A stretch of DNA of 43,607 bases from the NCBI GenBank assembly GCA_937965665.1, contig CALCJE010000403.1, positions 1-43,607 of the forward strand. Direction: 5' to 3'. This DNA comes from an uncultured Bacteroidales bacterium. Its GTDB lineage: Bacteria; Bacteroidota; Bacteroidia; Bacteroidales; UBA4417. This document shows, one piece after another, positions 8,337 to 17,638 of this stretch. Below the pieces are notes generated by a model, which was given only the letters and a program-made list of their open reading frames with translations, searched no databases and was not told the origin of the DNA. The position numbers were made by a program, and so were the translations under genes. Within the stretch, counting starts at the first letter, position 1. Each line of letters opens with the position of its first letter.

Positions 8337-9530
8337 CTAAAAAAGGAAACTTAAAAGTACCCCAGCTGCAACAGCGCTTCCAATAACACCGGCAACATTT
8401 GGCCCCATGGCATGCATAAGCAAATGGTTCGTTTTATCGTACTCAAGCCCGACTACCTGCGAAACACGGGCGCTGTCGGGCACTGCCGATACCCCGGCAT
8501 TGCCTATAAGCGGGTTCATTTTGTTGCCTTCTTTCAGGAATAAATTGATGATCTTCACAAACATAACCCCTCCGAATGTGGCTATAACAAATGATGCAGC
8601 CCCCAGAGCAAAAATAAGTACCGATTTTTCAGTCAGAAAGGTGGTGGCTTGGGTTGATGCACCTACGGTTAACCCGATCAGTATCGTTACAATATCAATC
8701 ATCGGTCCTTTAGCCGTATCAGCCAGTCGTTTTGTTACCGTACTTTCCTTCAGCAGGTTACCGAAGAAAAGCATACCCAGCAGCGGTAGGCCGGATGGTA
8801 CAATAAAACAGGTGAACAGCATTCCTATAATCGGGAAAAGGATTTTTTCGAGTTTCGACACAGTACGCGGAGGTTTCATGCGGATTAATCGCTCTTTCCG
8901 GGTTGTTAACAAACGCATTACCGGTGGTTGTATTACCGGAACCAGGGCCATATACGAATAGGCCGAAATGGCGATGGCTCCTACCAGTTCAGGGGCAAGT
9001 TTCGAAGAAAGGAAGATTGCCGTAGGCCCATCAGCGCCTCCGATAATTCCTATTGCACCGGCTTCGGAAGGCGAAAAGCCTAAAGCAAGTGCGGCAGCAT
9101 ATGCCCCGAATATTCCCAGCTGGGCAGCCGCCCCGATGAGTATCAGTTTTGGATTTGAGATCAGGGCCGAAAAATCAGTCATTGCCCCGATGCCCAGAAA
9201 AATCAGCGGCGGATAAATTCCCATGCGAACACCGTAGTACAAATAATTCAGTACACTCCCGTTCTGGTAAATACCAATCTGCAAATTGCTTGGATCGGTA
9301 CCCAGCACATGATCGGCACCCCAGAAAGGGATGTTACCTACCAGGATACCAAATCCAATTGGAATTAACAGCATTGGTTCGTATTCCTTGGCAATGGCAA
9401 GATAAATAAATGTCAGGCCAACGGCAATCATCACCAGATGTCCAACTGTAAAATTGGCAAATGCGGTATATTGGATAAACTGACTGAGGTGATCGGACAA
9501 AAATGTCCAGAAATTTCCTGCTGTTTCCAT
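8337..9530 (-). CDS. mmdB: Na+-translocating decarboxylase beta subunit (OadB/MmdB/GcdB family membrane pump)
   Basis: 397-aa polytopic protein. IGIIGGADGPT and NPLIGNAGVSAVPDSARV are the conserved OAD_beta Na+-site motifs. Confidence 0.9.
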   Translation of the reverse strand: METAGNFWTFLSDHLSQFIQYTAFANFTVGHLVMIAVGLTFIYLAIAKEYEPMLLIPIGFGILVGNIPFWGADHVLGTDPSNLQIGIYQNGSVLNYLYYGVRMGIYPPLIFLGIGAMTDFSALISNPKLILIGAAAQLGIFGAYAAALALGFSPSEAGAIGIIGGADGPTAIFLSSKLAPELVGAIAISAYSYMALVPVIQPPVMRLLTTRKERLIRMKPPRTVSKLEKILFPIIGMLFTCFIVPSGLPLLGMLFFGNLLKESTVTKRLADTAKGPMIDIVTILIGLTVGASTQATTFLTEKSVLIFALGAASFVIATFGGVMFVKIINLFLKEGNKMNPLIGNAGVSAVPDSARVSQVVGLEYDKTNHLLMHAMGPNVAGVIGSAVAAGVLLSFLF

Positions 9531-9534
9531 ATAA

Positions 9535-9978
9535 TTATTCTCCGATTAAGATAAGAATATCACCTTCCATTACACTGTCACCCTTCGAGACTTTGATTGA
9601 AGTAACACGGCCTTCTTTATCAGCATTGATGTTGTTTTCCATTTTCATGGCTTCAAGCATGATCAGTTTCTGCCCGATTTTTACGGTGTCGCCTTCGCGC
9701 ACATAAAGCTCGAGAATAACACCTGGCAATGGCGATTTGATGCTGCCAGTACCTTTAGGAGCTGACGGGCTTGCTGTTTTTGATACTGATGGATGCGAAT
9801 CAGTGGATGGAACAGCCGGCGTACGCACGAGTTTTGGCGTTTTAACAGTTTGCATTTTCTGGTCAATTTCAACGGTATAGCTCACACCGTTGATTGCTAC
9901 CTCAGCCATGTTCTCCTCAATGTTTATCACATCTGCTGCGTATTCATTGCCATTTATAGTGAATTTGAACTTCTTCAT
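9535..9978 (-). CDS. mmdC: Biotin carboxyl carrier subunit (methylmalonyl-CoA decarboxylase gamma)
   Basis: 147 aa. Pro/Ala/Ser linker followed by a biotinyl domain with the LEAMKMEN biotinylation motif. Confidence 0.9.
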   Translation of the reverse strand: MKKFKFTINGNEYAADVINIEENMAEVAINGVSYTVEIDQKMQTVKTPKLVRTPAVPSTDSHPSVSKTASPSAPKGTGSIKSPLPGVILELYVREGDTVKIGQKLIMLEAMKMENNINADKEGRVTSIKVSKGDSVMEGDILILIGE

Positions 9979-9981
9979 ATG

Positions 9982-10389
9982 TTATCTTTTGGGATTTTGA
10001 CGTAAACCATAAATTTTTGAACTCCATGGCGAATAGGTTTTCGAAACGCTCCTGATCGTCATCACAGCTTCTTCCAAACCTTGTAATTGTTTACTATACA
10101 AATGTATAGCAAGCGATATGGCTGCAAGTGTTTCGCCGGGGATATCTTCAACTTTTTCAGGTGCAGTTTCTTCGGGGCTGCCTTTGCGAAAACGTTTTTT
10201 AATATCCACATTATACAGTTTAGCAATGTATTTGAATGCTAAATATAGCAGTATCAGCGAAATAAAAACAACTCCCATCGCAATAATAGTCATGGCCAGC
10301 CCATTGGGATCCATCTGCCCGAATTCAGCGGCAGCCTTGCCGGGAACCCGTGCATCTGACTGGAGCAGCAAAAGTGTTGTGTGCATCAT
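9982..10389 (-). CDS. mmdD: OadG-family small membrane subunit (methylmalonyl-CoA decarboxylase delta)
   Basis: 135 aa. A single N-terminal TM helix ([23 protein letters not shown]) followed by a charged segment. Positioned between the alpha and gamma subunits as in Veillonella mmdADECB. Confidence 0.75.
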   Translation of the reverse strand: MMHTTLLLLQSDARVPGKAAAEFGQMDPNGLAMTIIAMGVVFISLILLYLAFKYIAKLYNVDIKKRFRKGSPEETAPEKVEDIPGETLAAISLAIHLYSKQLQGLEEAVMTIRSVSKTYSPWSSKIYGLRQNPKR

Positions 10390-11945
10390 AATGGCAGGTT
10401 TGAATGTTTTTTCGGTGGATTAACATCTTTCTTGGTCGAAAGGGCCTGGAATGCGCGTATCACCCTGAAACGCGTATTGCGTGGCACAATCACATCATCA
10501 ATAAAACCATAACTTGCAGCATCATAAGGATTTGCAAACTTTGTTTTATATTCTTCCTCATATTTACGGAATTCTTCTTCGCGGGCTGCCGGGTCTGCAA
10601 TTTCAGAAAGTTTCTTGTTATAAAGAACTTCGATAGCACCTTTTGGACCCATAACTGCAATTTCGGCTGAAGGCCATGCGTAATTGATGTCACCGCGAAG
10701 GTGTTTCGAACTCATTACATCATATGCTCCGCCATAAGCTTTACGTAAAATTACTGTTACTTTGGGCACAGTAGCTTCGCCGTAAGCATACAGAAGTTTT
10801 GCGCCATGAACGATGATTCCACCATACTCCTGGGCTGTTCCGGGAAGGAAACCGGGTACATCAACGAGGGTCAGGATGGGAATATTGAAGGCATCGCAGA
10901 AGCGTACAAAACGTGCTGCTTTACGCGAGGCATTAATATCGAGTACTCCTGCAAGGTAGTTAGGCTGGTTAGCTACAATACCAACCGACATGCCATTGAA
11001 ACGTGCATATCCGGTAACAATATTGGGCGCATAGTGCCGGGCCACTTCCAGGAACTCGTTATTGTCAGCAATCGAGTGAATTACATCCTTAACATCATAT
11101 GGTTTATTAGGATTGTCAGGAATTATTTCATTCAGCGATTCATCAAGCCTGTCAATCGGGTCCATACATGGTACAATTGGAGGATCTTCGAGGTTATTGG
11201 ATGGCAGGTAGCTCAGCAACTTACGTAAAAGTAAGATACCTTCCTGTTCATCTTCAGCTACAAAATGCGAAACACCCGATTTTGATCCATGAACCATTGC
11301 GCCACCAAGTTCATCGTCGGTAACAACTTCGCCGGTTACAGTTTTAACAACCTTTGGGCCTGTAACAAACATGTAACTGTTTGTTTTCGACATGATAATA
11401 AAATCAGTCAGGGCAGGACTGTACACTGCTCCACCAGCACATGGACCGAAAATAGCTGACAGCTGTGGTATAACACCCGATGCCATAATGTTACGCTGGA
11501 ATATTTCGGCATAACCCGCAAGGCTCTGAACGCCTTCCTGTATACGTGCTCCGCCTGAATCGTTGATGCCAATAACCGGGGCTCCCACTTTCATGGCCTG
11601 ATCCATAACTTTGCATATTTTCTTGGCATACATTTCGCTCAGAGATCCGCCAAAAACAGTGAAATCCTGCGAAAATACATATACCAGTCGCCCGTCGATT
11701 GTTCCATAGCCTGTAACAACACCATCGGACATATACTTTTCATTTTCGATCCCAAAATCAGTACACCGGTGTGTAACAAACATATCGAATTCTTCGAAAC
11801 TGCCTTCGTCGAGCAATAAATCAATACGTTCGCGTGCGGTGAGTTTGTTTTTTTTGTGTTGTGAGTCGATGCGTTTCTGACCACCTCCCAGTTTTGCAAG
11901 CTCTCTCTTCTCAAGCAGTTGCTTGATTTTTTCTTCAATAGCCAT
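10386..11945 (-). CDS. mmdA: Methylmalonyl-CoA decarboxylase alpha subunit (carboxyltransferase, 12S / PccB family)
   Basis: 519 aa. [22 protein letters not shown] at the N-terminus, plus [10 protein letters not shown] and [16 protein letters not shown], typical of acyl-CoA carboxyltransferases. Overlaps mmdD by 4 nt (ATGA). Confidence 0.9.
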   Translation of the reverse strand: MAIEEKIKQLLEKRELAKLGGGQKRIDSQHKKNKLTARERIDLLLDEGSFEEFDMFVTHRCTDFGIENEKYMSDGVVTGYGTIDGRLVYVFSQDFTVFGGSLSEMYAKKICKVMDQAMKVGAPVIGINDSGGARIQEGVQSLAGYAEIFQRNIMASGVIPQLSAIFGPCAGGAVYSPALTDFIIMSKTNSYMFVTGPKVVKTVTGEVVTDDELGGAMVHGSKSGVSHFVAEDEQEGILLLRKLLSYLPSNNLEDPPIVPCMDPIDRLDESLNEIIPDNPNKPYDVKDVIHSIADNNEFLEVARHYAPNIVTGYARFNGMSVGIVANQPNYLAGVLDINASRKAARFVRFCDAFNIPILTLVDVPGFLPGTAQEYGGIIVHGAKLLYAYGEATVPKVTVILRKAYGGAYDVMSSKHLRGDINYAWPSAEIAVMGPKGAIEVLYNKKLSEIADPAAREEEFRKYEEEYKTKFANPYDAASYGFIDDVIVPRNTRFRVIRAFQALSTKKDVNPPKKHSNLPL

Positions 11946-11958
11946 AGGTAAGTATAAT

Positions 11959-12369
11959 TTAGATGTTTTTATTCTCGCAAAGTTCGGTTAACACACCAAA
12001 CGTTGATTTGGGATGCAGGAACCCGATGCTCATTCCCTCGGCACCTTTTCTCGATTTTTTGTCAATAAGCTGAATGCCGTTTGCTTCGGTTTCGGCAAGT
12101 GCATTTTCAATATCCTTTACTGCAAAGGCTATATGATGTATACCTTCTCCCTTTTTCTCAATAAATTTTCCGATCGGTCCTTCCGGATCTGTGCTCTCGA
12201 GCAATTCGATCTTAGTTTGGCCAACCATAAAAAAGGCTGTTTTCACCCGCTGGTCAGCAACCTCTTCAATAGCATAACACTGTAACCCGAATACTTTTTC
12301 CCAGTATGGGATGCTGTCTTCCAGGCTTTTAACAGCAATTCCAATGTGTTCTATGTGTGATAAATTCAT
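11959..12369 (-). CDS. mce: Methylmalonyl-CoA epimerase (VOC/glyoxalase fold)
   Basis: 136 aa. [24 protein letters not shown] and FLHPKS..GVL.EL blocks. First gene of the mmd operon. Confidence 0.9.
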   Translation of the reverse strand: MNLSHIEHIGIAVKSLEDSIPYWEKVFGLQCYAIEEVADQRVKTAFFMVGQTKIELLESTDPEGPIGKFIEKKGEGIHHIAFAVKDIENALAETEANGIQLIDKKSRKGAEGMSIGFLHPKSTFGVLTELCENKNI

Positions 12370-12385
12370 GGTATGAAATTTTCTG

Positions 12386-12393
12386 CAAAATTA
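12386..12393 (-). promoter_or_regulatory. -7 promoter box (TAatTTTG on the minus strand) of the mce-mmd operon
   Basis: Plus strand reads caaaatta, 16 nt upstream of the mce ATG. Confidence 0.5.
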
Positions 12394-12401
12394 ATTTCTT
12401 T

Positions 12402-12419
12402 TTGTTATTCAAATAACAA
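12402..12419. promoter_or_regulatory. 18-bp inverted repeat TTGTTATTCAAATAACAA (Rex-operator-like) over the -33 region of the mmd promoter
   Basis: Half-sites TTGTTAT / ATAACAA separated by 4 nt, 8 nt upstream of the -7 box. The same motif occurs twice at 28541-28582. Confidence 0.5.
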
Positions 12420-12611
12420 TAGCCAAAAATATTATCTAAAAAATCATAATATGGAACTATTCTACATTAGTATTTATATCACGCTGATAATTAGGCCTAT
12501 GTCGTCATATTTATAAACCTATATCTGATGTTTATCAGGCAATTATGTAATTTTTTGGGCATGTCAAGGAAAACAAAAGCTGGAAAATTTACCATTGTAA
12601 ATCATGATACC

Positions 12612-12640
12612 AAAAAAGCAGGTAACAAGAGCTACCTGCT
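12612..12640 (-). terminator. Intrinsic terminator after glmS
   Basis: Perfect 8-bp stem AGCAGGTA/TACCTGCT with an 8-nt loop, followed by a T-run (6 T) on the minus strand. It lies about 55 nt past the glmS stop. Confidence 0.7.
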
Positions 12641-12694
12641 TTTCTGAAATATGGTAAAAACTTAATTTATCAGCTTATAGCTTGTCCGGTTTTT

Positions 12695-14533
12695 TTACTC
12701 CACCGTTACACTCTTAGCCAGGTTCCTGGGCTGATCCACATTGCAACCACGCAATAATGCGATATGATATGAAAGTAATTGCAAGGGAATGGTAGCTAAT
12801 AAAGGAACCAGTAATTCATCGCATTCAGGGATCTCGATACAGTAATCCGCCAATGCACGAACATCTTCGTCGCCTTCGGTAACAATGGCTATAATTTTGC
12901 CTTTGCGGGCTTTTACTTCCATTATATTGCTGACTACCTTTTCGTATTGACCGCCATGCGTGGCAATTACAACTACCGGCATTTCCTCGTCGATAAGGGC
13001 AATAGGGCCGTGTTTCATTTCGGCGGCAGGATATCCTTCAGCGTGTATATATGATATTTCCTTAAGTTTAAGTGAACCTTCGAGTGCAATCGGGAAGTTG
13101 ATGCCCCGACCAAGATACAATGCATTGGTTGCTTTGCTGAACACTTTTGCAATTTCCTTCACCTGGTTATTGCACTTGAGTGTTTTTTCAATTTTTTCGG
13201 GCATGGCATTAAACTCATGCAGCATCCGGTAATAGCGTGATGCCGAAATGGTTCCTTTTTTCTCGGCAAGCATCAGTGCTAACAGCGTAAGAATGGTAAC
13301 CTGCGACGAAAATGCTTTGGTTGATGCTACCCCGATTTCAGGACCGGCATGGGTATACGAACCGGCATGGGTAGCACGTGCAATGGATGAGCCAACCACA
13401 TTGCAAATACCAATAATTGTTGCACCTTTCCCTTTGGCCATATCAATAGCGGCAAGGGTATCAGCTGTTTCGCCCGATTGCGAGATAGCGATTACAATGT
13501 CATCTTCATAAATCAGCGGATTGCGGTAACGAAACTCCGAAGCATATTCAACTTCAACCGGTATCCGGGCAAGATCCTCAATCAGGTACTCGCCAACAAT
13601 ACCTGCATGCCACGAGGTGCCGCAACCCACAATAATAATACGGCGGGCAGCCAGAAACTTTCGGAGATAATCCTGCATACCTCCAAGCAAAATAATGCCC
13701 TGGTCCATATGCAGGCGGCCACGCATACTATCGCGAACAGTACGTGGCTGCTCATAAATTTCCTTCAGCATAAAATGGTCGAATCCCCCTTTTTCGAGTG
13801 CACTGAGGTTTATTTCGAGTGTTTGTACGTAAGGAGTTTTTTCAATATCGGCAATAGTACGTATTTTTAATCCTTCCGAAAGACTTACCGAAATAACCTC
13901 CTGATCGCCGGGATAAACTACCTGGCGGGTGTATTCTACGATAGGTGCAGCATCAGAAGCAATAAAAAATTCACCTTCTCCAATACCTACTACCATAGGA
14001 CTCCCTTTCCGGGCTGCAATCAGCGAATCAGGCTCATCCTGCGAAATGACAACCAGGGCGTAAGCACCCGTAACCTGTGTAAGCGCAATGCGAACTGCTT
14101 CAGCTAGGGTTTGCTTTTCATTTACCATTATATCTTCAATCAGATACATCAGCACTTCGGTGTCAGTATCACTCCTGAATATATATCCCCTCTGCTGAAG
14201 TTCCTGTTTCAGTACATTATAATTTTCAATAATTCCGTTATGAATGATAGCCATCCTTTCATTCGACGAATAGTGAGGGTGAGCGTTCACGTCGTTGGGC
14301 TCGCCATGGGTAGCCCAGCGGGTATGTGCTATCCCGATGGTGGAAGTAACATTAAGACCTTCGAGCATGTTGTCGAGATCAGAAACTTTACCCTTTGTTT
14401 TATACACTTTCAGTGATCCGTTCAGCAAGGCAACACCTGCACTGTCATATCCCCTGTATTCTAACCGATGCAGCCCACCCAAAAGAATAGGGCATGCTTG
14501 TTTTTTACCAATGTATGCTACAATTCCACACAT
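12695..14533 (-). CDS. glmS: Glutamine--fructose-6-phosphate aminotransferase (isomerizing)
   Basis: 612 aa. N-terminal MCGIVAYIG (Ntn Cys), two SIS domains and the canonical C-terminal DQPRNLAKSVTVE. Confidence 0.97.
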   Translation of the reverse strand: MCGIVAYIGKKQACPILLGGLHRLEYRGYDSAGVALLNGSLKVYKTKGKVSDLDNMLEGLNVTSTIGIAHTRWATHGEPNDVNAHPHYSSNERMAIIHNGIIENYNVLKQELQQRGYIFRSDTDTEVLMYLIEDIMVNEKQTLAEAVRIALTQVTGAYALVVISQDEPDSLIAARKGSPMVVGIGEGEFFIASDAAPIVEYTRQVVYPGDQEVISVSLSEGLKIRTIADIEKTPYVQTLEINLSALEKGGFDHFMLKEIYEQPRTVRDSMRGRLHMDQGIILLGGMQDYLRKFLAARRIIIVGCGTSWHAGIVGEYLIEDLARIPVEVEYASEFRYRNPLIYEDDIVIAISQSGETADTLAAIDMAKGKGATIIGICNVVGSSIARATHAGSYTHAGPEIGVASTKAFSSQVTILTLLALMLAEKKGTISASRYYRMLHEFNAMPEKIEKTLKCNNQVKEIAKVFSKATNALYLGRGINFPIALEGSLKLKEISYIHAEGYPAAEMKHGPIALIDEEMPVVVIATHGGQYEKVVSNIMEVKARKGKIIAIVTEGDEDVRALADYCIEIPECDELLVPLLATIPLQLLSYHIALLRGCNVDQPRNLAKSVTVE

Positions 14534-14611
14534 AATATCCCGAATAAATTATTAATTAGCTTTTGTTCAACTTGCAATGCCTTTGTAAAAGGCCGCTGTT
14601 TTAAAAACAGG

Positions 14612-14619
14612 CAAAATTA
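14612..14619 (-). promoter_or_regulatory. -7 promoter box (TAatTTTG on the minus strand) upstream of glmS
   Basis: Plus strand reads caaaatta, 78 nt upstream of the glmS ATG. Confidence 0.35.
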
Positions 14620-14905
14620 CTAAATGTTAAATGACTGTAGTGAATTAGAAGGGGTTTTCTTTAAACTATCTTTCTATTACCACTTGCAGACTTCATAACT
14701 AGTATCAAAAGGGCTTTAAGTATAACTCCTTCCTGACAACAGTCAAACTAATTGATCCAATATCGTTCCAGTTTGGCCAGGTGAACAATACCCTGTCACT
14801 ATCTCCATGATTTTCAACCACTTCATCTTAAAAATAAAATTTTACGATTTTGATGTTATCCGCTGATATTTTCAAAATGGTAATGGTGTACTAAAATAAA
14901 ACGTC

Positions 14906-14928
14906 AAAAAAAAAGCAGCAAAACTGCT
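14906..14928 (-). terminator. Weak intrinsic terminator after the DUF4270-like gene
   Basis: On the minus strand: AGCAG-TTTTG-CTGCT followed by T9. The stem is only 5 bp. Confidence 0.4.
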
Positions 14929-15020
14929 AAAGAGTAGCTAAAAAAAAATGATGCAGAACCGCAATAGCCTGTGGAAACAGGGGCGGTTACCTGGAATAAG
15001 TATTTATCAGTTGTGGATAA

Positions 15021-16355
15021 TTATTTAAGCCTGGTATATCTCAGGTAGAGTTTTAAATCCGATTGCGGCGAAGATGTACCGTTCAGCACGAGGCGTGCCC
15101 CATTGATTGTTGATGAAGGGACTAACAGGTGAAATCCATTGTCTCTGACTTTTCCTGTAAGCATTTGCTGAACATATCGTGTTATCCTGAAACGATAGCT
15201 GTTTGTAGCGGCATCATACCGGCCATCAAAATAAGAAGATCCTTCGTTTTCGTCGACTATACTTACCGGGCTGGTGCTCCCGTTTTCGCCTATACCTCTG
15301 AGCACTAGTCCTGATGGCCGCGGGAAAACAGTAGATACAGATGAATTACCAAGGATCAGTTGTGCATCGTTTATGACGATTTTTTCTGAATCGAACCATT
15401 TTGCAAGGTACGGAAACCGGATTTTTATTTTTGTACCTGCCAGGCCCTGCGCAAACAAATATTGTTGCCCCAGACTGGTATCGCCCGCCAGTTGTTGTCT
15501 CAGCATTGGAACTGCTTCAGCATATCCGTTATGGTCATAATTCTGAAACCTCGAGGTTGAATATGAGATGGCAAAATTGTAAGTCTTTACCGTATCGCCC
15601 GGGTTATGATAATGCATCTGCAATTTAAAATAATCGGATGGCATACGGAATGTGCAGATTGAGCCTTTACCCGGGGTATTTTGCGGCTCAGCTATGATAC
15701 AGATCCCTTTGAATACTTTAACAAAATTGGCGTTCGAGTTCAGAACGGAAGTATCCGAAATGCGGAGTATTGTATTGCCGAATTTGCTGTTAATGGGTAT
15801 CCTGAGCATCGGAGCCTGTTTCTTTCCCTGGTAATATGAACTGTCGGTAGGGCGAGGCTGAAAAGTAATCTGCCCGATGGGCTCAGGGTCATAACTAAGC
15901 TTGTTGTACGAATATGAGGTCAACGAGTCAACAATATCTTCAGTAAGGTTATAAACCCTGAAAGTCATATTGGTGAGTGTATCGCCGTATGCATTGTAGT
16001 AAGGCAGGTATAAAAAAGCTGAATCGAACACCGGATAAGTTCCGAAACGTGTACGCGATTGTGTAAGGTAAAGCTGCGAATAAAGGTTGGAGGTGGTTTT
16101 CCCGAATATCGGATCGTACATGCTTCCAATCTGGATGTAGTAGCCATTATTAACACTCAGGTTGTGAGTGTACATTGAATCATCAGGGATGGTATATGCA
16201 ACGATCTTCACTGTATCGGTATATCCCATGGTAAGCAGATCGACAGGCTCAACCAGGCCGAGACCAATAGATGAAATATCCTTGGTACAGGATAAAACAG
16301 AAAACGACAGTAATGCGATGATTGATATATGGCGGAGAAAGACTAGCCTTTTCAA
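15021..16355 (-). CDS. DUF4270-like lipoprotein
   Basis: 444 aa. Lipobox LSFSVLSC. Its position between a short GlgA-like gene and glmS matches the conserved Bacteroidetes neighbourhood of DUF4270 proteins. The family call is from memory of that synteny and general sequence character. Confidence 0.6.
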   Translation of the reverse strand: MKRLVFLRHISIIALLSFSVLSCTKDISSIGLGLVEPVDLLTMGYTDTVKIVAYTIPDDSMYTHNLSVNNGYYIQIGSMYDPIFGKTTSNLYSQLYLTQSRTRFGTYPVFDSAFLYLPYYNAYGDTLTNMTFRVYNLTEDIVDSLTSYSYNKLSYDPEPIGQITFQPRPTDSSYYQGKKQAPMLRIPINSKFGNTILRISDTSVLNSNANFVKVFKGICIIAEPQNTPGKGSICTFRMPSDYFKLQMHYHNPGDTVKTYNFAISYSTSRFQNYDHNGYAEAVPMLRQQLAGDTSLGQQYLFAQGLAGTKIKIRFPYLAKWFDSEKIVINDAQLILGNSSVSTVFPRPSGLVLRGIGENGSTSPVSIVDENEGSSYFDGRYDAATNSYRFRITRYVQQMLTGKVRDNGFHLLVPSSTINGARLVLNGTSSPQSDLKLYLRYTRLK

Positions 16356-16405
16356 GGAGTAAGTATTTTTAAATTGTGAATGAATAGAAGCAGTAACCTG
16401 ACAGT

Positions 16406-17215
16406 TTAATTTTGTAATACCTTTTCGTAAAACTCGTTGTAAACCGGGATATAATTGTCTTCTCCCTGGTATGGCAGAATTTGCTTGCCCGATTGTTCGG
16501 CATATTCAGCAACTTCAGCATTTATTTGCGGGCTTGCCATAATTATTCCATCCGATAAATCTATAGCAGCTTTCATAAGACTCACAAAATCAGGCTTTTT
16601 GAAATGCTTAAGATCCTTTAGTGCAATATTTTCATGCTTAAGTTTACCTTGCAGGTTCGGATGCAATGGCTCTGTGAAATCATCGTCATAGATAGATAAA
16701 ACTACTTTTGAGGAAGCAAAGAGCGGGTTTTCGTGGTATACTTTTTTTATGTACAACGGGGTGAGTGCCGACATCCAGCCATGGCAATGCACTATATCCG
16801 GGCTCCAACCCAGTTTTTTTACAGTTTCAAGTACTCCCCTTGAGAAAAATATAGCCCTTTCGTCGTTGTCTTCAAAAAACACGTTGTTTTTATCCCGGTA
16901 AACAAATTTACGATGGAAATAATCCTCATTATCAATAAAATAGATCTGCATCCTGGCTTGCTGAATAGAAGCTACTTTAATGATCAGCGAGTGGTCAGTA
17001 TCATCAATAATCAGGTTCATTCCTGAAAGCCTGATTACTTCGTGAAGTTGGTTGCGGCGTTCGTTAATGCTACCAAACCGGGGCATGAAGGTTCGGATTT
17101 CACGTCCTCTTTCCTGAATTCCTTGTGGTAAATGCCTGGAAATAAGCCCCATAGGGCTATCTTTCATAAAGGGGGTGATATCCTGCGTTACAAAAAGAAT
17201 CTTTGTTTTCTCCAT
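16406..17215 (-). CDS. Short glycogen/starch-synthase-like protein (GT5 N-terminal domain only)
   Basis: 269 aa. ILFVTQDITPF...PDIVHCHGWMSAL aligns with the N-terminal half of GlgA. The KTGGL motif is replaced by DSPMGL, and the C-terminal GT1 half is absent. Confidence 0.7.
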   Translation of the reverse strand: MEKTKILFVTQDITPFMKDSPMGLISRHLPQGIQERGREIRTFMPRFGSINERRNQLHEVIRLSGMNLIIDDTDHSLIIKVASIQQARMQIYFIDNEDYFHRKFVYRDKNNVFFEDNDERAIFFSRGVLETVKKLGWSPDIVHCHGWMSALTPLYIKKVYHENPLFASSKVVLSIYDDDFTEPLHPNLQGKLKHENIALKDLKHFKKPDFVSLMKAAIDLSDGIIMASPQINAEVAEYAEQSGKQILPYQGEDNYIPVYNEFYEKVLQN

Positions 17216-17242
17216 GGGAAGCTATACACTTTTTTGGGAATG

Positions 17243-17250
17243 CAAAGTTA
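17243..17250 (-). promoter_or_regulatory. -7 promoter box (TAacTTTG on the minus strand) for the GlgA-like / DUF4270 genes
   Basis: Plus strand reads caaagtta, 27 nt upstream of the ATG at 17215. Confidence 0.45.
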
Positions 17251-17585
17251 GTAAATTAATTGGTACTGAATCTATAACAGTTGCTTTATCATTGATTTGC
17301 AGATGAAAAAAAACCAATGCACAAAAATTATCCTGGTTTCTTTACCTTTTGAAAATCAGCAAGAAGGCTATTTTATTAGGAATACCAGGTCCTGAATTCC
17401 TGAATTAACAATCTGTTAATTTTTCATAAAAGGGGCACGGCGGTTTTCAGTAAAAATTAATTATAAAACAAACTAAAATGATTTAAGTTAAGGCCACGAT
17501 TTCAGATTTTCAATTTTGTGTTTCGTACACATACTGGTCATAAATAATATCGCTGTCTGACCGGCGTGTTCAAATCCGGGTATAC

Positions 17586-17616
17586 AAAAAGGGTGGTACC
17601 AGTTATGGCACCACCC
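17586..17616 (-). terminator. Intrinsic terminator of the RND efflux operon
   Basis: On the minus strand: GGGTGGTGCCATAACTGGTACCACCC (7-bp GC-rich stem plus 3 further pairs) followed by TTTTTGT. It lies 22 nt past the RND stop. Confidence 0.75.
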
Positions 17617-17638
17617 CCGAAGTTATCACTCTAACAGA

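Noticed and set aside
14534-15020. Possible glmS ribozyme upstream of glmS.
   Set aside because: I could not find the conserved ribozyme core or pseudoknot architecture by eye, and to my knowledge the ribozyme is not typical of Bacteroidota. A covariance-model scan would be decisive. Kept only as a low-interest note on the leader.
17405-17419. TTAACAATCTGTTAA palindrome that looked like Rex half-sites.
   Set aside because: The half-sites are in the opposite arrangement (TTAACA-N3-TGTTAA), not TTGTTA-N6-TAACAA. It is not positioned at a recognisable promoter.
17561-17580. GTTCAAATCC string resembling a tRNA T-loop.
   Set aside because: The flanking bases do not form a T-stem (GCGTG versus CCGGG), and no acceptor or anticodon arms can be drawn. 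It lies just before the RND operon terminator.
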